Virus record (IMG/VR): IMGVR_UViG_3300009965_000007
Span: 1 to 60,206 of that record
Strand: one strand, 5' to 3'
Length of the DNA stretch: 60,206 nucleotides
Source: a virus
Of the stretch, positions 18,882-27,600 are shown piece by piece. Below the pieces are notes generated by a model, which was not told where the DNA came from, ran no database searches, and saw only the letters and a program-made list of their open reading frames with translations. The first letter of the stretch is position 1; every line of letters begins with the position of its first letter. The translations under genes were made by a program, and so were the position numbers.

Positions 18882-21785
18882 TTAACGCAACTGGTTGTTA
18901 AACCTACCACGCAACGATACACTTGCATTGCTCAAACTTTGCGATGTTGTAAGGCTGCCAAAGCCTACAATGCGAAAGTATTTGTAAGGCGACCCACTAA
19001 AGCCACGTAGATAGTGATTTTCAGAGGACCACACTATATTCCAGCTGTTAAGGTCTACAGAACCGTACAGCACCATTTTAACGCTACCATCGTTAAAGTG
19101 TCCACGCTGAATTACACTCTCAACAGTCTTTAATACGTCAGGCGCACCAAATTTTAGTGGGCGTGTAACAAATAGGAACTTTGCATCGTCCCTATTCTCA
19201 TATTCTGAAAGGTCTATTAAGCTACCATCGCTACACATAGTCAATGCCTGTGGGTATGAATTGACACCGTGAGTAATAGTACTCGTCATCATACCCCACA
19301 TCTTCGTGCGGAGCGAATATACATACGCATACGCCTTTGTAGGATTGTACAGAACAATACGTTGGTGTGCGTAATCAAACACCATTCCACTATCTTGTAT
19401 ATACTGTTTAAAAGGGATATAATCAAAGTGTTTATCTAACAGTCCTGCCAACTTTATAATTTCAGAACCGAAGCGCAAAGAACCCAAGTTAAACGCATCT
19501 TCACTTTCTAATACTTCTGTAATACAGGTACTTTGCGAACCTGACAGCATCATAACTCCTCGTGTCGTTGCAAACAGCACAGCACTATCTATTTGCGTTA
19601 TGCTATCCTTATCCACGCACACGTCTCTTGTAATGGGCTGACGTGCCGAATAAGCACCATTAGACGCAACTTCCAAAGCCCACACACCATCAGATGTGAA
19701 AGCGTACAATGGAAATTGTCCGAACTGACCTTCTGAAAGAGCCTTTGCAGCAGTGGAGATGCCATATACTTCTCCAACACCGACTGTTGTAATACCTAAA
19801 ATAGGGAATACAAAAGGGTTGTTCACCTTAGAAGTGTATATCTTGTTAGATATATTCACAGTTCTATTGGCACTTGTTGATACAATAGGGATATTAACAC
19901 CGTTGAATACATCTGTGTCTAACTCTTTCATATCGCCCAGCCGTCTAAAATTACCAAACCAAAACGCACCATTAAGCCCTATATGACTTTCGAGTGGCAG
20001 TTCAAAGTAACGTTCTGCATTTGCGTCCCACGTTCCAAACTCCCATACGCCTTGTATACGAATGATTGCCTTATAGGCATTTGCATTTGGATAATAGAAG
20101 TAATAGATCGGCACATTACAGAATATATCCTTTGTATCGCTTTCAACCACTATGTTGCGACCACCTTGTTTAACGTATATATACGCACGCACCTTGCTCA
20201 TCTTCTGTTCTACAGCTTCTATTCCGTCAGAGTTTACAGCCGTATTTACAGCCGATGGATTAAAGCCACTAAACAGCTTCTTTGAAAGTCCTGTGAGGTT
20301 TAAGCGTTGGTTGTATACAAACGAATACTTTGCAGTAAGTCTGTCGTGGCTGTCGTAATCGTCCGTCATCGTCTGTCTATTCACAAGAGCCTTAAGGAAG
20401 TACTCATCAATATCTATCTTCTTTCTAACTCCCGATGTTAGTTCTTCTATGTTAATGCTTTTGAGGAGATAGAAATCACGGCACGTCTTTACATTCTCTA
20501 ATACTGTTTTGAATGGTACTTTTGGAATTTCGATGCTCGCCTTAAAACCAACGTCCGCATATTGCGCACCGTCAGGCACATTAAACTTCTTCTTATACGC
20601 TGTAATCCAGCTCCAGTCGCTATATTTGCCCTCCGCCTGCACTTCTTTTAAGTTGCAAACAGATTTTACAGTAGTCATATCAGATGACAGAACAGGCGTT
20701 ATATTTAAATACTCTATGTCGCCACTTTGTTTGTATGTGTATATAGGAGCTGAAATGTATACATCAACCGACTTAACGATATCTTTCCAACTTTTAAGCT
20801 TCTCAATTACGCTTGCATCATCTGTTACGATGTAGTCTAAATCGCATACCATTCCAAACACACGGTAGTTTATTTGTGTTGTGGAAAAGAACACCTTATC
20901 CCCTGCCTTATAAAAGTTCATACCCTCTTCCATACATATAGGGCTACACTCTGTAGACGGTATCATTAATATAGGCGCAGAGTGTTTCGTTAAGCTGCCG
21001 TCATACAGCCGATAGGCATAGCGTACAAAGAATGGGTAGATAAATTTGCCGTTGCGTTCGTAATTCTCTGCTATAAACTTGTTCACATACCCCAACACGT
21101 AATCTGTTATCTCTTTCTTTTCACTATCCCTAATCTTTAGGCGAAGCGTGGATTTGCCATTTAGTCTATCATTTAAGAAGCCACCCCATTCAGCTTTACT
21201 TACTCCTTTGTCAAAATTCACAATTGAAACGTCCAGCTTGTCGCTCTGTTTCAACTCGCCTTGCAAGCCAAAGAGAAGAGATACATCAGGTATTTCACTA
21301 CCTAATATTTTATAAGCGTTCCTTTCACTCTCCCATAAAAGATACTGCACGCCCGATGTTGTAAGTAGAATTAATGTGTTACCAACAGAAGATATGCGAT
21401 ACAAGCCATCATCTTTTAAATCGCAAAGTTCGTGAATGTCCGTTCCATTGACAGACCAATACAAATGTCCTCCTCTATATAAGTTAGACTTGCTCGCAAC
21501 GATAGAACCATTAGACGTAGCATTATAGCCAACATCAACTATAATATAGTTTGTATACTTATCTCCACGATGCACATATAGCACCGTACTATCCTTACTA
21601 CCCAATTTAAGCACCGTCTTAGCCTCCTGAATACCTGAAAGGCTAATATTACCACCTGCACTAACATTATCAGGCAGCAAACCCATTACGGCAGCCAATT
21701 CGCCATCGCCACAGTCATAATCAGAACCTGCAGCCGTAAAGCCCTTATATTTTACCTCGTCAATCATACTCTGTCTTAATTTCAA
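18882..21785 (-). CDS. Large structural protein (tail/nozzle/baseplate candidate)
   Basis: 967-aa ORF. The listed start at 21785 is TTG. The ATG at 21767 (MIDEVKY) fits the upstream promoter better. No recognisable enzymatic motif. Confidence 0.65.
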   Translation of the reverse strand: MKLRQSMIDEVKYKGFTAAGSDYDCGDGELAAVMGLLPDNVSAGGNISLSGIQEAKTVLKLGSKDSTVLYVHRGDKYTNYIIVDVGYNATSNGSIVASKSNLYRGGHLYWSVNGTDIHELCDLKDDGLYRISSVGNTLILLTTSGVQYLLWESERNAYKILGSEIPDVSLLFGLQGELKQSDKLDVSIVNFDKGVSKAEWGGFLNDRLNGKSTLRLKIRDSEKKEITDYVLGYVNKFIAENYERNGKFIYPFFVRYAYRLYDGSLTKHSAPILMIPSTECSPICMEEGMNFYKAGDKVFFSTTQINYRVFGMVCDLDYIVTDDASVIEKLKSWKDIVKSVDVYISAPIYTYKQSGDIEYLNITPVLSSDMTTVKSVCNLKEVQAEGKYSDWSWITAYKKKFNVPDGAQYADVGFKASIEIPKVPFKTVLENVKTCRDFYLLKSINIEELTSGVRKKIDIDEYFLKALVNRQTMTDDYDSHDRLTAKYSFVYNQRLNLTGLSKKLFSGFNPSAVNTAVNSDGIEAVEQKMSKVRAYIYVKQGGRNIVVESDTKDIFCNVPIYYFYYPNANAYKAIIRIQGVWEFGTWDANAERYFELPLESHIGLNGAFWFGNFRRLGDMKELDTDVFNGVNIPIVSTSANRTVNISNKIYTSKVNNPFVFPILGITTVGVGEVYGISTAAKALSEGQFGQFPLYAFTSDGVWALEVASNGAYSARQPITRDVCVDKDSITQIDSAVLFATTRGVMMLSGSQSTCITEVLESEDAFNLGSLRFGSEIIKLAGLLDKHFDYIPFKQYIQDSGMVFDYAHQRIVLYNPTKAYAYVYSLRTKMWGMMTSTITHGVNSYPQALTMCSDGSLIDLSEYENRDDAKFLFVTRPLKFGAPDVLKTVESVIQRGHFNDGSVKMVLYGSVDLNSWNIVWSSENHYLRGFSGSPYKYFRIVGFGSLTTSQSLSNASVSLRGRFNNQLR

Positions 21786-21794
21786 TTACAGTTG

Positions 21795-21837
21795 CGAAGA
21801 TAGCACTAAACACACCCATTAGAATATTAAGTATTAA
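21795..21837 (-). promoter_or_regulatory. Late-type promoter P4 (minus-strand virion block)
   Basis: Minus strand reads TTAATACTTAA (21837-21827), 24 nt, then TATCTTCG (21802-21795). Confidence 0.65.
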
Positions 21838-21961
21838 TCCACAGTGTATATGTATTCCATTATTCATTAAGCCTTAGAAAGGCAGCTGAATGGCTTACAA
21901 AACGGTAGATTGAAAAATAAACAAAGCCGAAAAACCTATCGAAGTGGCTTTGCGAAATGGC

Positions 21962-21995
21962 AAAAAGGGGAGCGAGAAATTAAGCTCCCCTTTTT
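21962..21995. terminator. Bidirectional terminator
   Basis: AAAAAGGGGAGC-gagaaattaa-GCTCCCCTTTTT. GC-rich stem flanked by A5 and T5. Confidence 0.85.
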
Positions 21996-22023
21996 CTATT
22001 AAAATCTATAGTAGAAAAACATA

Positions 22024-22450
22024 TTCCCTATTTGTCGCACTTGCATACAATTAACTGTTATACAATGTATTACAAGACAATAAATTTATTTTTTTAAACA
22101 ACTTCCCTATTTGTCGCACATCTTTGTATTCATCTGTTTATCAATACGTTATAACAATATTTATTAAATTATTAAAGATATTCCCTATTTGTCGCAGTTA
22201 GTCATATTTTATAGTAAAACACCCTATTTTTTAAAAGTCTAATTTAACATTTAGTTTTGGCGCATTTTAAAACATATTCCCTATTTGTCGCTATTATATA
22301 TAACAAGTTGATTATTAGCATATTATAAGTATTTAATTTAAGAACACAAAATATACTCCCTATTTGTCGCAGTACCGTGTAACTTTATATATAACAGATG
22401 GTTATAAACGTACAAATATTTTAAGTTTTAAATGTTCCCTATTTGTCGTA
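22024..22450 (+). repeat. Iteron array: six direct copies of TTCCCTATTTGTCGCA plus one degenerate copy
   Basis: Copies start at 22024, 22103, 22181, 22277, 22356 (CTCC...) and 22435 (...GTA), with a degenerate CCCTATTTT at 22222. Spacings are 79, 78, 96, 79 and 79 bp. No ORFs. Confidence 0.9.
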
Positions 22451-22538
22451 ATTTGCATTTTCAGTCTTTTTATTTTAACAATTAATCTTTAAAGTCTTTA
22501 TTTTTGTTTAATTCTGTTCATTTTTCTTAACCCTCGCG

Positions 22539-22548
22539 CGCACGTGCG
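22539..22548. repeat. GC-rich palindrome CGCACGTGCG inside CCCTCGCGCGCACGTGCGGTTAGG
   Basis: The only GC-rich island in an otherwise very AT-rich non-coding stretch. TAACC/GGTTA flank it. Confidence 0.8.
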
Positions 22549-22580
22549 GTTAGGATGAAGCTATATATAATATATTATAT

Positions 22581-22618
22581 AAAAAGAAAAGAAAAAGAAA
22601 AGAAAAAGAAAAGAAAAA
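22581..22618. repeat. Helically phased A-tracts, (AAAAAGAAAAG)x3
   Basis: 11-bp-period purine repeat. A second purine-rich tract lies at 22681-22718, and a GAAAAAATTTTTTC palindrome at 22639-22652. Confidence 0.85.
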
Positions 22619-22720
22619 TATTATTATAATACGCACGAGAAAAAATTTTTTCGTTTTTTCTATTTTTACATTCTTTCACAATTAAAAGAAAGAAAAACAA
22701 AGAAAAGAAAGAAACATTTC

Positions 22721-23878
22721 TTATGGTTGTTGTTTTAATTTTTCTTGCATCATTTCAAAATCTTTTCTTATGTCTGTGGCGAGAACTTTTGCGTACGTGC
22801 TTTCGGTTATTTTGGTGGACGAGTGTCCGAGCATTTTTGAAATGTGTTCCATTCTTACGCCAAGCGAAAGGGTCATTACAGCGTACGTGTGTCGTGCCCA
22901 GTGAGAGGATATTGGCTTATCTATACCAGCGTACGATGCAACGACTTTCAAATACTGATTGTACTTTCCGTTGCTTATGATAGGTAGTTTGTAGTTGTAT
23001 TTCTTTAAAACCTGCATTGCCTTGTCGAGTATCATCACGAAATAATCCTCGTTTGTCTTTTGCCTTGTATCTCTAATAACATAGCAGCTTCCCTGTTTCT
23101 CCGTTTTCGAGAAGTCGAATTTCGCTAAGTCCCCGTATGAAAGACCTGTGTAGCTTTGGAATATAAACAAATCTCTTACACGTTCTACAGGCTTGTCTTT
23201 TATCGTACAGCATTCTATCTGTTTTAGTTCGTCCATTGATAGATACTTTAAGCCTTTAGACTTTCCACGCTCAATTTTTAGTTTGCTGTATGGGTTGGTT
23301 GTAATGTAGTCAAACCTTATAGCCTCGTTAATGTATGCTTTGAGCCTCTTGTGATAGCCATAGATGGTTGTCTGCAGATAATTCTTACCGTGTAGCCAGT
23401 CATCAAACCTTGTGATATTGGCAGTTGTTATGTCGGAGAAGTGTTCTATGTATTTAAACTCTTCGAGTGCCGCCAATAGAGTTCTGTGTACCCTCTTTGT
23501 ACTTTCCCTAATGTCGCCACGGTCAAGCAGTCGTTCTGCAATGAACTCTATAAACGTCAGGCTGCTATCATTGGAACTTGTGCGTTTCATAAAACTTGTA
23601 AGCTCATCGAACGAGAAAGGAACGTTGCGTTGTATTCCGTCCTTTATGAAGTCCTGTACCTGCTTCAGCTGTGCGTCTAAAGTGTCGTTGTATTCAAAAG
23701 TGTGTGGCGAATTGACAACCTTGTATCGTTCGTCCCATTGGTCAGCGTACACTTTTATTCCTGTCGAGAACCATTTGCGTTTCCTTTCGTGCATAACTTC
23801 CAGCTGTACCAATCCTTTTTTGTCTTTCGTTGCAACGTGTTTTCTATCAAACACAAGTCTAACCATAGCGTATTTCAT
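22721..23878 (-). CDS. int: Tyrosine site-specific integrase
   Basis: 385 aa. C-terminal 'HWARHTYAV...LGHSSTKITESTYAKV' carries R/H-x-x-R/H/Y catalytic signatures. The N-terminal region is arm-binding-like, as in Bacteroidetes integrases. Confidence 0.93.
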   Translation of the reverse strand: MKYAMVRLVFDRKHVATKDKKGLVQLEVMHERKRKWFSTGIKVYADQWDERYKVVNSPHTFEYNDTLDAQLKQVQDFIKDGIQRNVPFSFDELTSFMKRTSSNDSSLTFIEFIAERLLDRGDIRESTKRVHRTLLAALEEFKYIEHFSDITTANITRFDDWLHGKNYLQTTIYGYHKRLKAYINEAIRFDYITTNPYSKLKIERGKSKGLKYLSMDELKQIECCTIKDKPVERVRDLFIFQSYTGLSYGDLAKFDFSKTEKQGSCYVIRDTRQKTNEDYFVMILDKAMQVLKKYNYKLPIISNGKYNQYLKVVASYAGIDKPISSHWARHTYAVMTLSLGVRMEHISKMLGHSSTKITESTYAKVLATDIRKDFEMMQEKLKQQP

Positions 23879-23923
23879 ATAATTATTTGTTTTTTGGTAT
23901 CACAGATGGTATCGCATAGGGTA

Positions 23924-23960
23924 CAAAACTATAACCGTTATTGTCCGTTAATGTCCGTTA
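23924..23960 (-). promoter_or_regulatory. Putative int promoter with phased repeats
   Basis: Minus strand has TAGTTTTG (23931-23924, TAnnTTTG) 46 nt before the int ATG. CCGTTA repeats at 23935, 23945 and 23955 (10-bp phase) lie just upstream. Confidence 0.5.
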
Positions 23961-24034
23961 TATCCCACTTAGCGTTAATCCTAATTTTATTATAACTTTC
24001 TGACTATCAGTTGCAAACTCCTCATTATCAATAA

Positions 24035-24061
24035 AATAGGAGAGTTATTAACTCCCCTATT
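24035..24061 (-). terminator. Terminator of the minus-strand repressor/moron operon
   Basis: AATAGGAGAG / CTCCCCTATT stem with one mismatch. On the minus strand it is followed by TTTTATT. Confidence 0.6.
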
Positions 24062-24342
24062 CTGTGATCCGCATGGGGTTAATTTTACTCTATGGAACTA
24101 TCTGTAATACAATCGTTTTTATTTTTAACATGTTATTTGGTATCACAAATAGCCTTTTGTGAACTCTTTGCGATACGTATCTTGTTTTTATTGTTCTGTC
24201 TAATTTGATTTTGGAGCATTGTTGCAATGTTTGGCAGAGTCTTTAATTTGCCTGTTTATTTTGCGCCTGTCCGTTTCAAATGTCAAAGATGATAGTTTTA
24301 TCATCTGAAAGATTTTGAGCCGTCAGAATGCTTTATTTTGCC

Positions 24343-24690
24343 TCAACCCAGTATTTTTTCTTCATGCGACCTGATTTTGTTTATAATGCCCTGTTTCTCT
24401 TTTCGGCAGCGATGCCACAGTAATAACAAAATTAAACCTGTGATTACAGTTATTATTGCAATCACAGTAAAGATGATAAAAGGCTTTCCATCTATAGGAA
24501 CCGTTAGCAGAGATGTCAAAAAAGAACAGAATATGGAAAAACAGGATATTGCAATCTCAAGATACAAGTCTGAGTTGCTACCCTTTTCCAATTCGTTCAA
24601 CTCGCTCTCTTGTACTTGATAGATTTTTATAGTGTCAGTAGGAATAATTTTAACGTTAGTATCACCAAATGAACTATTCTTCCGAGCCAT
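24343..24690 (-). CDS. Two-pass membrane protein (moron)
   Basis: 115 aa with two hydrophobic helices. Overlaps the upstream ORF by 17 nt. AT-rich. Confidence 0.55.
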   Translation of the reverse strand: MARKNSSFGDTNVKIIPTDTIKIYQVQESELNELEKGSNSDLYLEIAISCFSIFCSFLTSLLTVPIDGKPFIIFTVIAIITVITGLILLLLWHRCRKEKQGIINKIRSHEEKILG

Positions 24691-24973
24691 TTTCTATAGT
24701 TTTGTAAATTTTTGCTAATAAATCTGCTGATTTCTTAGATAAAGCCCAAGCACTTCGTAAATTTAAATCAAAGCGTATTACCATAACATCCAAACTTCTT
24801 ATTCCCGACGAAGTGTATATTTCGTCTCTCACACTTACACTCGTGGTGTCATTTTCGGCAATTTCAAGAAGATAAGTGTTATTCATTATCTCATGGCAGT
24901 TCCCATAAGCAGCCAAAGATTTTTTATGAATGTTCTTGTCATCTATTCCAAATATTACTATGAAATATTGCAT
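24674..24973 (-). CDS. Small soluble protein (moron)
   Basis: 99 aa from the ATG at 24973 (MQYFIVIFGIDD...). The listed longer start at 25075 is less likely. Confidence 0.5.
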   Translation of the reverse strand: MQYFIVIFGIDDKNIHKKSLAAYGNCHEIMNNTYLLEIAENDTTSVSVRDEIYTSSGIRSLDVMVIRFDLNLRSAWALSKKSADLLAKIYKTIENGSEE

Positions 24974-25142
24974 TGCTATTTTTTTTATATAACTTTGTAG
25001 AAAAAATATGGATAATAAATCAGATACATTTCTTTTGCAACTATTATCAATGCTGATATTGATAATTATTGCCATTGAACTTGCAGGGATATTTGTAAAG
25101 TTGTAAAGATGCAGGCATCACTCCTTGCTTCCGATTTTGAAA

Positions 25143-25373
25143 CTACTTGTAGCAAATCCGACAAGGCGTAAATCCTTTTGCCTTTGCGCTGCTTACAGAA
25201 AGCTGTCTGATGCTGCCCGAACATCTGTTTAATCCACGGCAAGTTTGTGTTGCGTGGTACTTCTTTGCCTTTGGACCAGTGCAGATGTAGACTGTTGCTT
25301 CTTTGGTCTTTACTTCGGTGCTTACTTGCCCACTTAATATGAATGCGAGAGCGGAGAGAATTAATGTTTTCAT
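25143..25373 (-). CDS. Secreted Cys-rich small protein
   Basis: Signal-peptide-like MKTLILSALAFILSG, then C..YH..C..C....C..C spacing. 76 aa. Confidence 0.6.
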   Translation of the reverse strand: MKTLILSALAFILSGQVSTEVKTKEATVYICTGPKAKKYHATQTCRGLNRCSGSIRQLSVSSAKAKGFTPCRICYK

Positions 25374-25388
25374 AAAATGTTATTTAAA

Positions 25389-25943
25389 TTATTTGTACAT
25401 AAAGATAGTTACATATATCTTATTTTCATCGTCCATTTGAATTCCTACATAGTCCTTCCAATCCTTAAAATACGAATTTAGTCGTTTGGTTAAAGTTTCA
25501 TACTTTTCATCATAATTGTAAGGGAGATGTCGAAATATAAAGTCTGGTTTATTACTGTACACTAATCGTATTTCAGTTAATTTCTCTGTCGTAGGAGAAA
25601 AACGAAATCCGATTTCCTCCACTTCGTTATGGAAGAATGTCCCCCTAATAAATATAATATCAGACCACCCTAAATCGATGTTATAGTAGGTTCGAAGAAG
25701 ACGAAAATAATCCCCTTTGCTGATAAGACCGATATTTACAGCTCTCCTCAAACAGTGTTCTTGTTCCATCCTTGAACTAAAGCTCGCCCAACCAAATTTT
25801 TCAATGAAATAGATAGGGTCGCTGGAAGAACTTATTGATTTTGCTAAATTCCAAAACTTAGATTGACGGTAATAGTAACATATTACAGCAATAATAAGAG
25901 TGAGGGATAAGGCTAAGAGGAATGGATTTATTAGTTCTAACAT
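25389..25943 (-). CDS. N-terminally membrane-anchored protein (moron)
   Basis: 184 aa with an N-terminal hydrophobic helix (PFLLALSLTLIIAVICYYY). Confidence 0.6.
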   Translation of the reverse strand: MLELINPFLLALSLTLIIAVICYYYRQSKFWNLAKSISSSSDPIYFIEKFGWASFSSRMEQEHCLRRAVNIGLISKGDYFRLLRTYYNIDLGWSDIIFIRGTFFHNEVEEIGFRFSPTTEKLTEIRLVYSNKPDFIFRHLPYNYDEKYETLTKRLNSYFKDWKDYVGIQMDDENKIYVTIFMYK

Positions 25944-25945
25944 AT

Positions 25946-26179
25946 CTACTTTAAACCAAGTTTTTTAGGTGCATTAATATCTCTATTGCTCCATTCGTCA
26001 GGTTCATCACAAAAGTTTCCGTAAACGTACTTTGATGTCCATTTGTCAAATATGTAAACTGCGAAACCATTACCACAAAAATGATACTGATACCTGTTAT
26101 TCAGTGCAAATAGGTACAAGATAATAAGAAATAAACTTGCAAGAATTAGCTTTGCTGTGCGATAAAGAGTATTTGTCAT
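25946..26179 (-). CDS. Small membrane-anchored protein (moron)
   Basis: 77 aa from the ATG at 26179 (MTNTLYRTAKLILASLFLIILYLF...), which starts 11 nt after the repressor stop. Confidence 0.5.
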   Translation of the reverse strand: MTNTLYRTAKLILASLFLIILYLFALNNRYQYHFCGNGFAVYIFDKWTSKYVYGNFCDEPDEWSNRDINAPKKLGLK

Positions 26180-26189
26180 AACTATACGT

Positions 26190-26837
26190 TTATTTCTTTG
26201 CCATACAAAGCATAACTCTGTACACTCCGTAAATATCATTCAGCGCAACCTCGAAAGGTGCATATATTGGATCAGGGTTAATCGAAACGCAACGAATACA
26301 ATTCTCTTTCTCTGATGGTGTAAGTGCCTTTACCACTACCCCATTGCAAGTGTCGAGCACATAAACCTTACCCCAGTCTATAAAGGCACGTTCGTTTATG
26401 CGCTTTGCAAGAACGATGCTGCCGTTCGGATACTCGTCTGCCATACTATCACCCGATATGGTTATTGCTATGTCTGCTCCATTTATAGGAGAAATTATCT
26501 TTTCACAGTCTTGCAAGCTGACAGAAACAACAAAGTCATTAAGCGAGCCACCTTGTGCAGATATGGGAAGCAAAGGTACTCGAGTGTATTCCATTTCGTT
26601 GAAGCCAGCCAAAGATGGTTCAGTAGTAAACATAGAACCTTCACCTGTTAATAAAAATGATTTACTAAAGCCAAATACTTCTGACCATTTTTCTGCTGAT
26701 TTCTTTCCAAATCTGCTATTTTCTGCAAGTAAAGCATTAATATATGTTTTTGAAACACCTAGCCTTTTGGCTATATCTATCTGTGAAATGCCCTGACTAT
26801 CAAAGTAGTTTCGTAATTTCTCTCCAATATTTGCCAT
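26190..26837 (-). CDS. CI/LexA-like repressor (HTH plus S24 peptidase)
   Basis: N-terminal HTH 'ISQIDIAKRLGVSKTYINALL'. The C-terminal 'ITISGDSMADEYPNGSIVLAKR' carries the S24 Ser motif (GDSM). Confidence 0.88.
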   Translation of the reverse strand: MANIGEKLRNYFDSQGISQIDIAKRLGVSKTYINALLAENSRFGKKSAEKWSEVFGFSKSFLLTGEGSMFTTEPSLAGFNEMEYTRVPLLPISAQGGSLNDFVVSVSLQDCEKIISPINGADIAITISGDSMADEYPNGSIVLAKRINERAFIDWGKVYVLDTCNGVVVKALTPSEKENCIRCVSINPDPIYAPFEVALNDIYGVYRVMLCMAKK

Positions 26838-26873
26838 CTTTTAAAACTTAAATAAAGTTAATAACTAAACTTT

Positions 26874-26958
26874 TAGTTTACTTTTTCTTGTGTAGTAAAC
26901 CAAAACACTTTACCTTTGTCGCCGTGTTAAGTAAACAGCTTGTCAATTTATAGTAAAC
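26874..26958. promoter_or_regulatory. Immunity-switch operators: four AGTAAAC heptamers
   Basis: AGTTTAC (26874-26880, inverted), and AGTAAAC at 26893-26899, 26929-26935 and 26952-26958. TACCTTTG -7 box at 26910-26917 on the + strand. Confidence 0.6.
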
Positions 26959-26997
26959 TATACTTGTCAGGCTGCAAATTTAAACAAAATATAAGAA

Positions 26998-27171
26998 ATG
27001 TCCAAAAGAAAAGCAATAAAATTAAGACGTGGTGGCACGGCAAGACTAGCAAAGCTTTGTCGAGTTTCACGACAAACGGTATGGAAAGCCATCAATTGGA
27101 ATGCCGACACCGATATGGAAAACCTAGTCCGCCAAAAAGCGGCGGACTTAGGGCTTATAAAGAAGTTTTAA
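26998..27171 (+). CDS. Cro-like small HTH protein (57 aa, below the ORF-track cutoff)
   Basis: Manual translation gives MSKRKAIKLRRGGTARLAKLCRVSRQTVWKAINWNADTDMENLVRQKAADLGLIKKF. Divergent from the repressor, with HTH-like 'LAKLCRVSRQTVWKAI'. Confidence 0.65.
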   Translation: MSKRKAIKLRRGGTARLAKLCRVSRQTVWKAINWNADTDMENLVRQKAADLGLIKKF

Positions 27172-27186
27172 CTAACATTTATAATT

Positions 27187-27501
27187 ATGAAAACATTTAA
27201 GAATTACACCCCACACCCCATCGCACTTAACGATGGTAGAACATTTGCAAGCGAGGGTCTTGCAAGAGTTAGCGCAACATTTTCTCCGTTTGACGAGAAC
27301 GGAGTATGCGCCCAAGAGTTTGGGCAAGTAACCGGCTTGCCCGAGCCAACAGCCGATACGCTGTACATTGTCAGTGCGCTTGTACTGACGGCAGCAAAGG
27401 CAGCAGGCAGAACAGACTGTGTTGCACCAGCAACAGGACACCCCGATTGCAAGCGCAACGACAAGGGGTTCATTGTTAGTGTGCCAGGTTTTGTGAGATA
27501 A
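27187..27501 (+). CDS. Hypothetical early protein
   Basis: 104-aa ORF starting 16 nt after the cro-like stop. Locally GC-richer. Confidence 0.6.
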   Translation: MKTFKNYTPHPIALNDGRTFASEGLARVSATFSPFDENGVCAQEFGQVTGLPEPTADTLYIVSALVLTAAKAAGRTDCVAPATGHPDCKRNDKGFIVSVPGFVR

Positions 27502-27573
27502 TGTTCAACCAGCAGCGGGGGCGCAAGTGTTTTCTTGGCACTGTTCCCTGTAGTGTCCTCGCTGCATAATTTT

Positions 27574-27600
27574 AAAGAAATGAAAGAAATGAAAGAAATA
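27574..27600 (+). repeat. 9-bp tandem repeat (AAAGAAATG)x3
   Basis: Read directly from the sequence. Supplies alternative in-frame ATGs at 27580 and 27589 (the third copy ends ATA). Confidence 0.9.

Noticed and set aside
22024-22450. Regularly spaced repeats could be mistaken for a CRISPR array.
   Set aside because: The repeats are only 16 bp with spacers of about 63 bp, both outside CRISPR norms. There is no repeat dyad typical of CRISPR, no cas genes, and a phage attP/ori-like context.
22723-23995. + strand ORFs antisense to the integrase (22723..22980, 23412..23882, 23486..23680, 23702..23995).
   Set aside because: They are shadow ORFs of a confidently identified integrase gene.
26940-27200. 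Listed 86-aa + strand ORF in the immunity region.
   Set aside because: It starts at a non-ATG codon inside the operator region and translates to an implausible sequence. The 57-aa ORF in another frame (26998..27171) has a clean ATG and an HTH, and it ends just before the next gene.
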